Source: Tubiluchus corallicola (taxonomy: Eukaryota > Animalia > Priapulida). Taken from it: a stretch of DNA of 64,000 bases. Positions 40,535 through 53,400 of this stretch are shown here, in pieces. Location of the stretch: contig JAQGDQ010000013.1 in the NCBI GenBank assembly GCA_030141605.1, forward strand, positions 510,447-574,446, given 5' to 3'. Under the pieces are notes generated by a model. It was not told the DNA's origin. It worked only from the letters and a program-made list of their open reading frames with translations, and searched no databases. The number at the start of each line of letters is the position of its first letter. Within the stretch, counting starts at the first letter, position 1. Position numbers and translations under genes: made by a program.

Positions 40535-41237
40535 CCATTTACAGATTTTATCAATGGCACCATTACTTTGCATTGTTATATGTATGCTGGCATAGCAACA
40601 TCATCCATAAATCAGCAATTAAATTTTTCTAGTTATTCACATATTCTGAATCTCTATTTCATGAGGATTGTTTTCATACCAAGCTCACTGCTCTACGTTA
40701 TTTCTAAGCTGAGATAATCCACGTTGAAGTTGAGGTGCACATTACACACTGAAAAACGTAACCTTGAGGAAATCACTGTTAAAGTCAGCCATTGTTTTTT
40801 GTCACGTTTCTACAAAACACTTAGCAACCGTACAAATATTGGTTGCAATGGACTTTGTAAGAACACATTGAAGTTATGTTTAAATCCAGTACATGGCTCT
40901 TCCAGGCAAAGATCTGGGCTCGGCAAAAGAAAAAACCCGAAGCAAAATGATTACTTCCAGGAGTTACTATCAGAGTTTGAAAATTCGAGTTTTTTACCAT
41001 TGTGGTACTAGTTTCTAGACAGAAAACGGAGTACGGAGTTATAAAATTAAATTTTTTGTGTTTTAGAACACTTTATAATATGATACTAGAAATTCAAAAG
41101 TGCAATATATTTAGTGTTTTATAACATATGAAAAATTGACATTTGACCCAATTTTTGGTGCATTCTACTTTGAAGCAGCATAGCTTAGTTTTAACTGTGC
41201 GAGCTTATGGATGGTTTTGGTAAGCAAGCACACATAT
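40535..41237. repeat. ~700-bp dispersed repeat; copies at ~45990-46672 and (partial) ~49780-50190
   Basis: Shared TTTTCTAGTTATTC, TTTCTAAGCTGAGA, AATTGACATTTGACC and CAAGCACACATA. Confidence 0.8.
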
Positions 41238-41794
41238 GATACCAAACAATTTGGGTAACACCCCAAAATTGTTTCTTTCTGCATATCTCTTGATGAACTC
41301 ACAACTATAGACACTGCATGGTTGCTAGGCAACAACAGTACATTGTCTCATTTATTGATGTACCAAGGTAAATTACTTATGTGTCAGTGAAAGTTTTAGT
41401 CATCAAAAATAACAATACCATCATAGACACTAGTATTATAGATATTAACAAAATTACTGCAAACTGTACTGTGTGGTAGGATTGGCAGATGTTTTTATTA
41501 CTTATAAAAATATTTTCCACAGTGTGATTAGTATAATTAACGACAATGATTAAATCAACTCATTATACAGCTACAGGTAACAGTTCAGCAACATCATGAT
41601 TTGGCACCTTTGATTATTTTTATATAAATGAAAATATAAAGTTAAAACCTGAACATTATCACAACAATCATCACCTTCTAGGCTTCTAAAAGACGAAATT
41701 CAACAACTTGTTTTACTGTCACTGGTCAATTCATACAATCTGACAAGGTTCTATAATATATTATTGTAAGTAGCATTATACATATACATAAATA

Positions 41795-42397
41795 CAGTCA
41801 AACCTCATAATACTGCACCCCTGTTATACCGCAAAATTTGTTTGCTGCCTGCAAAATGGCCAGGAACAAAGCGGCTGTATTAAACTATATTTAAAAATAA
41901 CCTATTATACTGATTCTGCTACCTGCCATCAAAATTAATAATTATACGTTCAACGGATTGCTAGCTAGACCAGCGATGTTGATATTACACCAGCCTCCAC
42001 TGGTTATATTACGCTGACCAGTTTACAAGCTGTACTGTACATTGTACATCACAGCTCTGATATTATTGTCAATGCGCCACGCAGTCATAATAACAAATGA
42101 CAGAAAACACATGGCTCTCTTTTCACCGCAAGAGACGTTTTTTTACTTGTTTTCTAAAAATCATCTAAGCAAATTCCTGCAAGAAACATGTACTCATGAC
42201 TCAACCTTTTTTTACATACACATGATTAGTGCAGCAATACCTTTAGAGTAAAATGGAGGACTCTAAGCTGTGTACACTTGTCTGACTGTTCTGTGATTTG
42301 TCGATAGCAAAATTTAACACCTCGTTATAATGCCGAACTCGCTGTAACGCCAACTTTTTTCCAGTCCGAAAGTGGCCGGTATAAAGAGATTTGACTG
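41795..42397. mobile_element. Tc1/mariner-pogo (Tigger)-like MITE
   Basis: TA|CAGTCAAACCTC ... GAGATTTGACTG|TA. Confidence 0.75.
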
Positions 42398-42494
42398 TAT
42401 ACCTATGATGAATGAACAGGTTTGTATGTAAATGACCAGAACAGATTCCCTGAAATTTGGTTTATTTGAGCACAAGTGATTCCTTAATTTCCTT

Positions 42495-42917
42495 TTAATC
42501 ATCCGGTAAAGTCTTGTATGGGTTGAGTATGCCTTTAGGATCCATAACTTTTTTAATTTCTTTCATTAAAGTCACGGCCAAACGTTTCTTACTGTAATAT
42601 ATAAAATCTTTCTTATGTAGGCCCAAACCGTGCTCAGCGCTAATACTGCCATTTTTCTCAGACACCCACTCAAACACGTAGGGTTCCATCTTATCCACTG
42701 CCGACTTATCAAACTGCGGCGAAGTCAAGTTCAAGTGAAGATTGCCGTCGCCCAAGTGACCGTACCCGCAACAAGTTAGCACCGAATCACCAAGTCGCTC
42801 CCGCATATCCACCACAAGGTTGTAGAATTCCGGAGTCGGAATGGAAACGTCGTATTTGTAGGTGTAACCTTCATGCATCAGAGCTTCGACAATTCTTTCT
42901 CGAAGAGACCAAAGTGC
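42495..42917 (-). CDS. D2HGDH: D2HGDH distal terminal exon (8b, canonical active-site motifs)
   Basis: ttttag|GCA acceptor, phase 0. [49 protein letters not shown] ~30 nt after the stop (42461-42466). Confidence 0.93.
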   Translation of the reverse strand, partial: ALWSLRERIVEALMHEGYTYKYDVSIPTPEFYNLVVDMRERLGDSVLTCCGYGHLGDGNLHLNLTSPQFDKSAVDKMEPYVFEWVSEKNGSISAEHGLGLHKKDFIYYSKKRLAVTLMKEIKKVMDPKGILNPYKTLPDD

Positions 42918-45900
42918 CTAAAATAGAACAGAAATTATTCCTAACGTACAGCACAAACCTAAGAAGTAATTTACAATGGTGGTTCTTGATAACAAAACAA
43001 ACTCCAACGTGCCGGCAAAACGAAGAACGGTTTTTTTGCATAGGGACCAATATTAGGGTGAGCATTCTGTACCAGAAAGCAAATTCGAATCGAATTGAAT
43101 TTTTGACTTTCGTACTCGAATCAAACTGAATTTCCAGATTTCGAATCTGGATTGAATTAAATTTTAAAGATTTTCGAAGAAATTTGCATATCATAATTTA
43201 AAAACAGCCTCCTAAACAGCATGTGCAACACTTGATTTTGTTCTGCAGTAAAAACACCAATAATTTGCTTAAAACTTGTGCACAGAAATCATGTTAAATT
43301 GGGTTGATTGCGCAATGTTTAGGAAGGAGTTTACAATTCCCCACACAATTCAAATACCCTAACCCCAATCCTAACCATAACCCCAAATCTAACCCTAATC
43401 CCAATCTACTTCACAAATTGATTACTTTTGTGTATGGAATTGTAAACTTTAGCTGAAATGGGAAGTAAATAGGTGTGTAAATACATTAAACATTAAATAC
43501 ATTACATCAACACTCACAGAGACTGTGTATGATAACAAATGCAAAATAAATCGAAAAGTTATTGATTAGGAATACTTTCTGTTCTTATATTAGACACTTT
43601 CGGCTCTTCGAGAAAGAATTGTGAAAGCTGTAATGGAAAATTATGAGGAAAACGCATAACACCTGCATCTTCACAAGCAGTAGACCAAGACAGTATAATA
43701 CGCACAAAAAAAAAACATCTCTTGACTTGAATTAATTTCAACAAAGCGACAAACCTAGAGTTAATGTTACTAGACCTTAAAAAACATGTATAGTAATGCT
43801 ACATTCTTTTTGTAGACTATCCAGAAGCATTTTTTAATTGATAACGTTAAAACTGCATTTCATTAACTGGTTGCAAAACCTGAACAGCTGCAGTAACCAT
43901 AAAATTTGAAACAACTGTTTATGCTCTATGAGAATATAGAAAAATTACGAACACTTTACATTTTACTGTTTATTTTATAAGAAAGAAGTAAGAATATTAT
44001 GAAGAATTTCTTAATCTCCCAGTTACAAGAGACTCCACTAATGCTGGACATCATAAATTACTCACGGTACAGATCTGTAAGAACGACTTCTATCACACTT
44101 ACACAAATGCTTGTCTAGTACACTTAACCTTTGACCTTTTCACAATCATCATCTATCACCAGAACTGTGAAAAGGCTTATTTAAAATATCTCATGATGCT
44201 CAAGTGATAGAAAATTACTATAAGAGTTTAAAATAATTATTTAAATAAAAATTATATAGCACATAATTATATAAAATAAGAGACACTTTCAAGTGCCCAT
44301 TAAGCTAGTATTTATATACAACATGTGTTTAAAGTGTTGAAAATACAATGTAGTAAAACAATCATAATAGTATCACAATTACATATCACATTATTGATTT
44401 CATCACATTATGCTTTGTATCACAAGAAATCTTTTGTAAAGTTTGAATTTACGTAACGAAAAAGGAAGATACAGTAAGTCCTCGCTTAATGACGCTGATA
44501 CGTTCCATCAAAATGCAAAGTTAAGCGAAACGTCATTAAACGAAGCAAAGACTTCGATAGAAAGTAATGTAAAAGAATTGGGATACGTTCCAGAGATAAA
44601 AATCAAAGCTGCTTAAATCATATAAATTATACGTTTTATGAATTTTACTCAATTTTTCTACTAATTAATTTCTGTTTGCTTGCTTGGAATCACCTATGTC
44701 TTACTTACCTAGCTAGCGGTTTCTCTTTAGTTGACTTTAAAAAGTCTAGGCAGCGGGTAAATAATAAACACTGCAGCAGAGTCAAAGCCAAGCCTGGGGC
44801 AACCTTGGCAATTTCATCTATAAACTTAGAATGCACTAGTCTGGTTGCTATAACAACAGGTTGCAGGTAAAATTCTTTCACATAAGATTTGCTTCCAGGG
44901 CTCAGCATACACGAATGGCTAACATTGGTGGTCAGTCGGGAAGCAAAAACATATTTACTTATATTGTAATTGCAGTGCTTATGCTGCTAGTGCATTTCAG
45001 AACAGAATAATGCAATATGTACTGCTTCAAGGCATCAAATTGAGTAAAAAAGTTGTTGATAAAATAAAAATTGGCTTTCAGCAAAGCAACAAAAATTGTC
45101 GTTAAAAGGAAACGGTGCGTCGTTAACTAAGAAACAAGGTGTCAAATGTTCAGAGTGGTACGTCGCTAAACGGGGAGTCGTTAAGTTAGAAACAAGGTGT
45201 CAAACGTTCAGAGTGGTACGTCGCTAAACGGGGAGTCGTTAAGTTAGAAACAAGTTGTCAAATGTTCAGAGTGGTACGTCGCTAAACGGGGAGTCGTTAA
45301 GTTAGAAACAAGGTGTCAAACGTTCAGAGTGGTACGTCGCTAAACGGGAAGTCGTTAAGCAAGCACTTACTGTAACTTGTACAAAATCAATCATCTTTCA
45401 TAAGAGTTTGTCCCGTGCCGGCAGGACTATTAGAGAAGTGAACAGTTCTTGTGTAAAATTCTCACTTCTCTGGCAAAGTCTTGTAAGGATTCAATATGCC
45501 TTTTGGATCCACGATTGCCTTAACTCTTTTCATCAAATTTACGGCTAATTTTGATTTGTTGTAATATATGTAATCCCTGTGAAAACCTATTCCGTGCTCA
45601 GCACTAATACTGCCGTTTCTCTTCACTACCCACTCATATATGTAAGGCACCATTTTATCGAAGGCCAATTTATCGAACTGTGGCGAAGTCATGTTCAAGT
45701 GAAGGTTGCCATCGACCACATGACCAAAACCGCAGCAAGTCAGTACTGACTCGCTAAGACGTTCTCGCATGTCTAAGACTAGATTATAGAATTGTAAAGT
45801 TGGTAAACACACATCAAACTTGTATCTGTAACCTTCATGAAACAAAGCTTCACCAATTCTATCTCTAAGAGCCCAAATTGCCTACATAAGAGAAAAATGA

Positions 45901-47396
45901 TGTTAAATTTTAATCATTGTAGCTAACAATATTAGATGTGGATTGTAAATTTAAACAAAAAAAATGTTATACAGTAAATCGTTTGATTTTTTTCCATTCA
46001 CAGCTTCTTCACATGTGCAGACCTCATGGTATTGCAATGATATATGTATGCTTGCATAGCAAAATCGTCCATAAGTCGGCAATGAAGTTTTTCTAGTTAT
46101 TCACATATCCTGAATCATTTTGATACCAAGCTCATCGCTCTATATTATTTCTAAGCTGAGAAAATCCAAGTTGACGTGCAAGTTACGCACTGAAAAACAT
46201 AACCTTGAGAAAATCGCTAATAAATTACCATTGTTTTTTGTCGCGTTTCTACAAAACACTTAGCAACCGCACAAATGTTGGATTTTGCAAGAACACGTTG
46301 ATGTTATGTTTAAATCCAACTGATGGCTCTTTCTGGCAAAGATCTGGGCTTAGTAACAAGAAAAAACCCAAAGGAAAATGATGGCTTCCACGAGCTACTA
46401 CTGGGGTTTGAACATACAAGTTTTTTACAATTGTAATACTAGTTTCTACACAGAAAAGTGAGTAGAGGGTTATAAAATTAGATTTTTAGTATTTTTTAAA
46501 CATTTTCTTGATAATTTCATGCTAGAATATTAAAGTCCAGTGTATTTAGCATTTGTTTTTATAAAAAACAAAGAATTGACATTTGACCAAATTTTTTTGG
46601 TATATTCTACTTCAAAGCCAAGTGTCAACTATATGCTGACTTATGGACGGTTTTGGTTTGCAAGCACACATAACATTTATAACTGAAACACTTGAGTTGT
46701 TTTCCCCATTTGTATGTTGTTGTGTACAAGTAAACACACATTGTTGTCTAGTTGGTCGTTAGTTAAACTTCGGATAACCTTTCTTATTTAAAACGTTAAG
46801 GCATAAAAATTTAATTAGAAGTTTATATCATTTTGGATCAACTTTATAACTTTTGCTAATAAAAAAACGTCCACAGAACTGTCATACAACAAACGTCTCG
46901 AGTATTTCATTGCAAAATTTTAAAGCGCATGTTTGTCAACCTATTTGTGCAAACATTTTACACCAGCCTGTCAACAATGAAGTTACACTGAACATCAACA
47001 GTAGGAAAAGTGGCACATTAACCCTTTCACTATGGAAGACGGCACACTGCCGTCTATGTTTTTCATGCAAGGGATGGAAAGAGGTAGACTGTCGCCCAAC
47101 CTGAGCACTGAGCGCAGTCACCCAGGCCTGTTTATTTCACTGCTACGGCCATACAAAACATTGTAGAAAAGTTTAACAGCCGTGGGATTGGAGTTGCTTC
47201 GCAACAAGTAACGCTAACCAACCAATCAGCATCTAAAGCCAGGTGCATTCCACAATACTGTACTGTAAGGTATGTTCCCACGCTTGTAGATCGTTGATGA
47301 AACGTATGTTTAGTTGTTCCACGTTTTTATAAAATGAATGGGTATTACGAATTAGTATTGTGGTTTCTAAACATAAGTATGTGCTTATTTATGAGG

Positions 47397-47427
<31 letters not shown>

Positions 47428-50400
47428 CGTGTATGTGTGTGTGTGCATGTCTAGAAATAAAACTAATATTTAATATTAGCACTTAATATACAGGCAACTA
47501 TTTGTTTATTTACAAGATTCTGCTTTAGTAACACACCACAAGAAGTTATTGTCAAATGTGGCCAGTTAAAAAACAACTACATAGTGAAAGGGTTAAGTGA
47601 ATGTGGACAGAATTAGAAAACAAGTACAAAAGCACAAATACAAGCACACCTTTTGCTGCAAACTATCTTGAGCAACTGTGCCATCAGCTACACAACCTTC
47701 GTTCATGGCAACTTCCAGAAACTCGTTAAGCTTTTCCTCGTCATGCTCTGCCTTAGAACCAGACGTTTCAATCAGAATGTAAAAATTGTTGTCCGATATG
47801 GGATTCCTGTAAAAGTGATATACATGTATAATTATTAACACTCCGTTTAATTTTAAATTGTTGATTTTATTGTAGAAATTTGCAATCTATTAATTGTAAA
47901 ACGAATACAATGTTCACAGATGATGGTGGAATGTAGAATAACTGTATAACTTGTTTCGTTACCATAAAAATTCTCTCCACACACAGTGGCATAAAAGCAA
48001 CAAACAATTTACTGAAAAAACCTTGCACTCAAAAACATAACCTTTAACATTGCTGTCTTTTGATCAACTGGAACTTGCATGCCTGAGAGAATAAAGCTCT
48101 AATCACACGACCAGACATACAAGTTCCTATTGGAAGGTACATTAAGTTCATGCATACAGACCATAAAAGGAAAGGTCACCTACACTCTACAGACTACTAG
48201 TTAAACCAAAATCAAAGTCTACTTGGCTTCTTTGATAGCAGAATAAAGATTATTGGTTTACAGAAAGCTGCGTTATAATGTTATAAATTTTCTCTATTAA
48301 AATTTGAATAAGAGAGTTAGAACCAGAATTAAAGCATGAAATTAACAACCTAACTACTCTGATTAATGACTATTTCTAAAAGCAAAAGGAAACAATATTT
48401 AGAAACTCTCTGACAAACTTTGTACAATTAGAGTGTAGATGGCAGCATAGACTAAATCAGTACTTAAGTGTAGTAGACTGACAATTAAATGGATCACATA
48501 ATACCACAATCGCGTACTTGGTACAATATGCGACATTTATATTGAATTTGATTTTATATTGACGCTAGGGTAAATAATTTTTATGTTAATCATTGTCAGA
48601 ACTGTAAATCCTCGACACCTTGTTTGTGCCACTGTGAAAATGTTCATCAAAGGCGGGAAAGAAGCCCAAAGCTACGTACTGCATTTAACTATCAAAGAAG
48701 CCATACGTGGAAGCGAAACGTTCCAACGTTTGTTCTCGTGATGCTCTGCTTAATGAAATTTTAATTTAAAGTTCGACAAAAAATTGATAGAACTCAGCCA
48801 GAGATAGAGATAAGAGATAGACAATAAGAGAGGGAGCAACGATAACTTCAATTGGTAAGTCCCCATGGTGTTACGACACGATGACTGAAGCTGTATAAAC
48901 ACACAAATAACTCTGCCCGGAGTTTAAGATGTTTAACTAAAAGAGTGACTCTAATTCATTCTTCAATTTATACTGCACACTGTAACAGTAGCGCCAGTTA
49001 ATAGAAAAAGCTTTTCACAATTGCTTAACCCAACAAAAATGTTTCATTGAACTAAAAACACGATAAAGTGTCCAAACAAGAATTAAATTGGCAAAACTGC
49101 GCCTGCAACTACTACGGCACTCCTAGCAATAAGGGAAATCAAATGTGTGTTTAATTTCACACACAACTTAATGCCAAATGCATTAGCGTAGTGTTATGTT
49201 GACATTTGCATCTCTCCATTTCTGTCCCCCTTTATTTTGGCACCTGAGAATTGTTGCCACAGGATACTTTTCTTCTCTGACGCTTTTCTTAAAATTTTGG
49301 AGATAAAACTATTTACTTATAAAAATATGGTCGAATTAGTAAACAGTCAAAATGCATCATAGAAATCTGTCAATGACTTTTGCACTTTTTACGACTTCAT
49401 GATCATTTGCAATGAAAAGATATTAGTGAGTTGCGATTTTTTTTCTGTAAAAAAAGGAGGGAAAGCATGCTACATGCTAGCAGTTGTAACTAATAGAATT
49501 TGGGGAGCTTCTAATTTGCAGGTGCTAACGCTTACGGGCACTTCTAACACTTCTAACACTTCTAGCACTTCTTAAGTTACTAACACTTCTAAACACACTA
49601 TTTTTTGGTTTTGGGAAAGTTTTAGAAATTTTCCAAATAAATACTTTATACATGCCAAGGAAATGTTCTTGTGCTAAATTTCTTCAACGCGGGAGTTGCC
49701 AAAAATATGATCCACCAAGGGTCAAGCAAAGGTCAGTTAAACAAATTTCCAAGATAAGCTCAAATTCAGAAAACGAAAAATGTGTGCTTATATAGCAAAA
49801 ACGTCCAGCAATTAAACTTTTCTAGTTATTCTCATATCTAGAATCTCATTTCACGAGGATAATTTTGGTACCAAACTCAAAGCTTTATATAATTTCTAAG
49901 CTGAGATAATCCACGTTGAAGTTGAGATGCAGGCTGTGTACTCCGTATACTTAAAGTCAGCCATTGTTTTTTATCACGTCTCTACAGTACTGCCTTCAGA
50001 AGTTGGACAAAGTGGGTAAAGGGTTACAAAAACAATTTTTTTAGTACATTTCGAACATTTTTCTGACGATTTGACGCTAGCATATAAAAGTTAATATATT
50101 TAGCATTAATTATAAAAAGAAGAAATTGACATTTGACCCAGTTTTTGATGCATTGTACTTTGAAACATCGTAATGTAGTTTCAACGTGCCGTCTTGATGC
50201 TTAAAGAAATATGTTCATAAAGAAGCTCAAACCCACAAATAGCTTCCCCAAAATACAATAAACGTTAAAAAAACTTTGCTTACTTGAGATGTAAATACTT
50301 TGAAACAGCTTTCATTGAAGCGCTGTCTTCCATTTCAAATGCGGATAAAATTTCGCCTAACATTCTTTTGGCTATGCTAAGTGTTTTTAAGACGTCGCTG

Positions 50401-53400
50401 AATTTTTCACAACCTAAAACATGTAGAAAAGAGTATATATTCAATTTAGAAAGAACAGGCACTACACTTACAGCAATATGTCTAAATTCCACTACGTATA
50501 TCTTATATATTTATCAAGAAAAGAAAATTTTAAAAACATTACGATGTCATTTTATGATTTTTCTGTTAGTGGGTCATAAAAACACTTTATAATCCATACC
50601 TAGGAAAGCTACATTAATAGCCGATGAACGACGCGGACAAAGTATGGCCACCTTTGTTACAATTCCTAATGTTCCTTCAGATCCAATCAGAAGCTGTTTC
50701 ATGTCGTAACCCGTGTTATCTTTTCTCACTGTTGACATGCAGTCGAGTATTTCGCCGTTACCCAACACCTACGAAAACTGACGGTGAAGGTTCCCAATGC
50801 AAATTTCATTATCATGAGAATGGCCAACATGATGAGTGCAGCATAAGTGTTTGTTAGTGCATACAAAAACTACAAGTAATAATACAGAACAAGAAATTGC
50901 ATAAAAGTTTAGCTGGAGCACTGGTGAATCTATCACATTCTCAGTTTTTAGTGCAGAAGCGTCTTAAGTCTTGCACAATCTGCATTCTTAATGAATAAGT
51001 CTCGTGTGACCTGCAATCTTAATGAAGAAGTCTCGCGTGACCTGCAATCGTAATGAATAAGTCTCACGTGACCATCAATCTTAATGAATAAGTCTTTCGT
51101 GACCTGCAATCTTAATGAATAAGTCTCGTGTGACCATCAATCTTAATGAATAAGCCTCGCGAGAGACGTTAGATCTGATCTGCAGAAAAAACCTGAAGCC
51201 ACAATTTCGGAAACGACTAAAGATAAATTTTATTCTGGTAATGTGTCAGTTTTTAAAATGCACAAGGCCTATCCAGTTTTATTTTTTAATAGCCAAATCA
51301 ATAATGTGCAAACATTCTACATAGTCTTTCCTTACTTTTTTAATGCTGGTAATAAGCTAACAGACGTATATAATGTAATAACATCATAGCAACTGCAGCT
51401 TTTAAGGTTAGTAAGCAGAGTATAATGTGTTGATTACATGAACAACGGCTTAACATCACCTAGTCTTCCATGCTGTGAGAATTGTAGTTACAATGATTGT
51501 AAAAGAACTTCTTTCTTTGACTTAAACTACAAAACTTAAAGCTGGGATATTAAACTTTAATGTTTAAATATTTGAAAATAGCCAGAACATGTGGCCAAAA
51601 CTTTGCAAAATAAACATTATCATTGACTAATCCAATTAACTGAATGCAGTTCAAACTCACAGCCTCTAAGCCAAGAACGTTGCCATGTAAAGAACCATAT
51701 CTTAGCAGTCTTAGTCCACCAGCACATGTAGAAACATTTCCTCCAATATGACAACTTGCTTTTGCTCCTAAATCTAATGGCATCATTAGAGAATAATCGG
51801 CCAGGTAATTGTCAAGAGTTTCCAAGATGCATCCTGACTGACAAATAAGAACACCTAAAACAAAATATGTACAGTAAGTCCTCACTTAAATATGTTAAAC
51901 ATTTGACACATTTTTCTCACTTAACGATGCATGTTTTATTTTAACGAAGATTTTTTACTTTGTTCAAGACCAATTTTACTTTATCAACAACTTTTTACCA
52001 AATTTGCAGCATTGGAATAGCACATATTGCGTCATTCTGTTCTAAAATCACACTAGCAATGTAAAACAGTACAGTTATTATAACTTTTTCATCCCTATTC
52101 ACTACTAAATGCTACCCATTTGTATCAAGCAAGATGTATTTGCAATTTATACAGGCAGCTGAGTGTAAACTTCATGCTAGGGAATTTGATTGCAACCTGT
52201 TGCTACAGCAATCAGACTGAGTACCTTGTTCCAAAGTCACTCCAAGCTATGCTTTCACTATTGTTAACATCATTTTATTTCGAATATACTCTACACAAGT
52301 AATTAAAAAAAGTGTTAGCATTCAAGTTGTAGTGTTCACCTGCTAACTGCCTAGGCTTTCAAAGAGAAACCACTAGCTAGGTATTGATAAGACAGACAAA
52401 CAGTGGCAGCTCATAGCTAAAATTAGTGGGGGTGCTGCTTCAGAAAATGTTTATCCATTGTTAATAGTGTGTAAAACGAAACAAACATATGCAATTTTAA
52501 GGTTGTAACTGTAATTTTAAACAAGTTAACATACAAAATTCTCTGGGATGCCAGGAGGCCGTGATTAAAATATTTAAATTTTAAGCGCAACGCACGATGA
52601 GTCAAAATCTAATTCTACACTTTATCACATTCAAGAATATGCCGGTATACGGTTTCTAAGCGTGTGACAACTGACAATACACACTGCATGAGCGACAGTA
52701 GTCTCTCTATCTAAACTACAGCGTCTTATCTCAGATATTTACGCATGGCCGCATTCGCAAAACAGCCAAGCAAACAGTACTACCTTCATATGCTCTCGTT
52801 CCGTACAAGTATAAAGAAAGAATTAAAGAAAAAAGGCTCATTATACTGAATATTATCAATAATAATGAGTGAAAATAAGGGGTGCTGCACTTCCACAGTA
52901 CCTATACAGGAACCGCCACTGCAGATAAGTGGTTTCACGCAATCAGAAAGAAATTAATCAGTAGAAATATGAATAAAACCCACAAAATGTTTAATTTATA
53001 TGAATTTAGCAACATAAATTTTTGCTTTTAGAACACATCTCAATTCTTTGTTTTCTATAGAAGTCTTGGCATCAATTAACATAGCATTTTGCTTTAACGT
53101 ACTGGCATCGTTAAGCGAGGAATTCATAAATCATGTACACTTGTTATAAGAACAATGTTAGCAATGCTTTGTCTTACAGTTTACGAAATTTTTTTGTCTC
53201 ATGTCTTATTATATCATTAATTACAGAAAAGCTGCTTCTTTGAAAGAACACACTTGCCACTTATTCTAATACCTTTGAATTAAATTAAAATTTTCAAAAA
53301 ATTTGAACATGTTTGCACCAAGCCACGAAATTATAAATGCTCAGGAGTACCAAAAGCCTCCATTGCATTTAACTGTTGCTTTGAAGACACCATTTTAGCC

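Noticed and set aside
43350-43405. Degenerate CCCTAA telomere-like tract
   Set aside because: Internal to a small palindromic repeat also seen at ~12925-13050; not a chromosome end.
51715-51745. D2[14 protein letters not shown] instead of the vertebrate GGNVATNAGG
   Set aside because: A single substitution that I recall also occurs in other invertebrate orthologs; not evidence of novelty.
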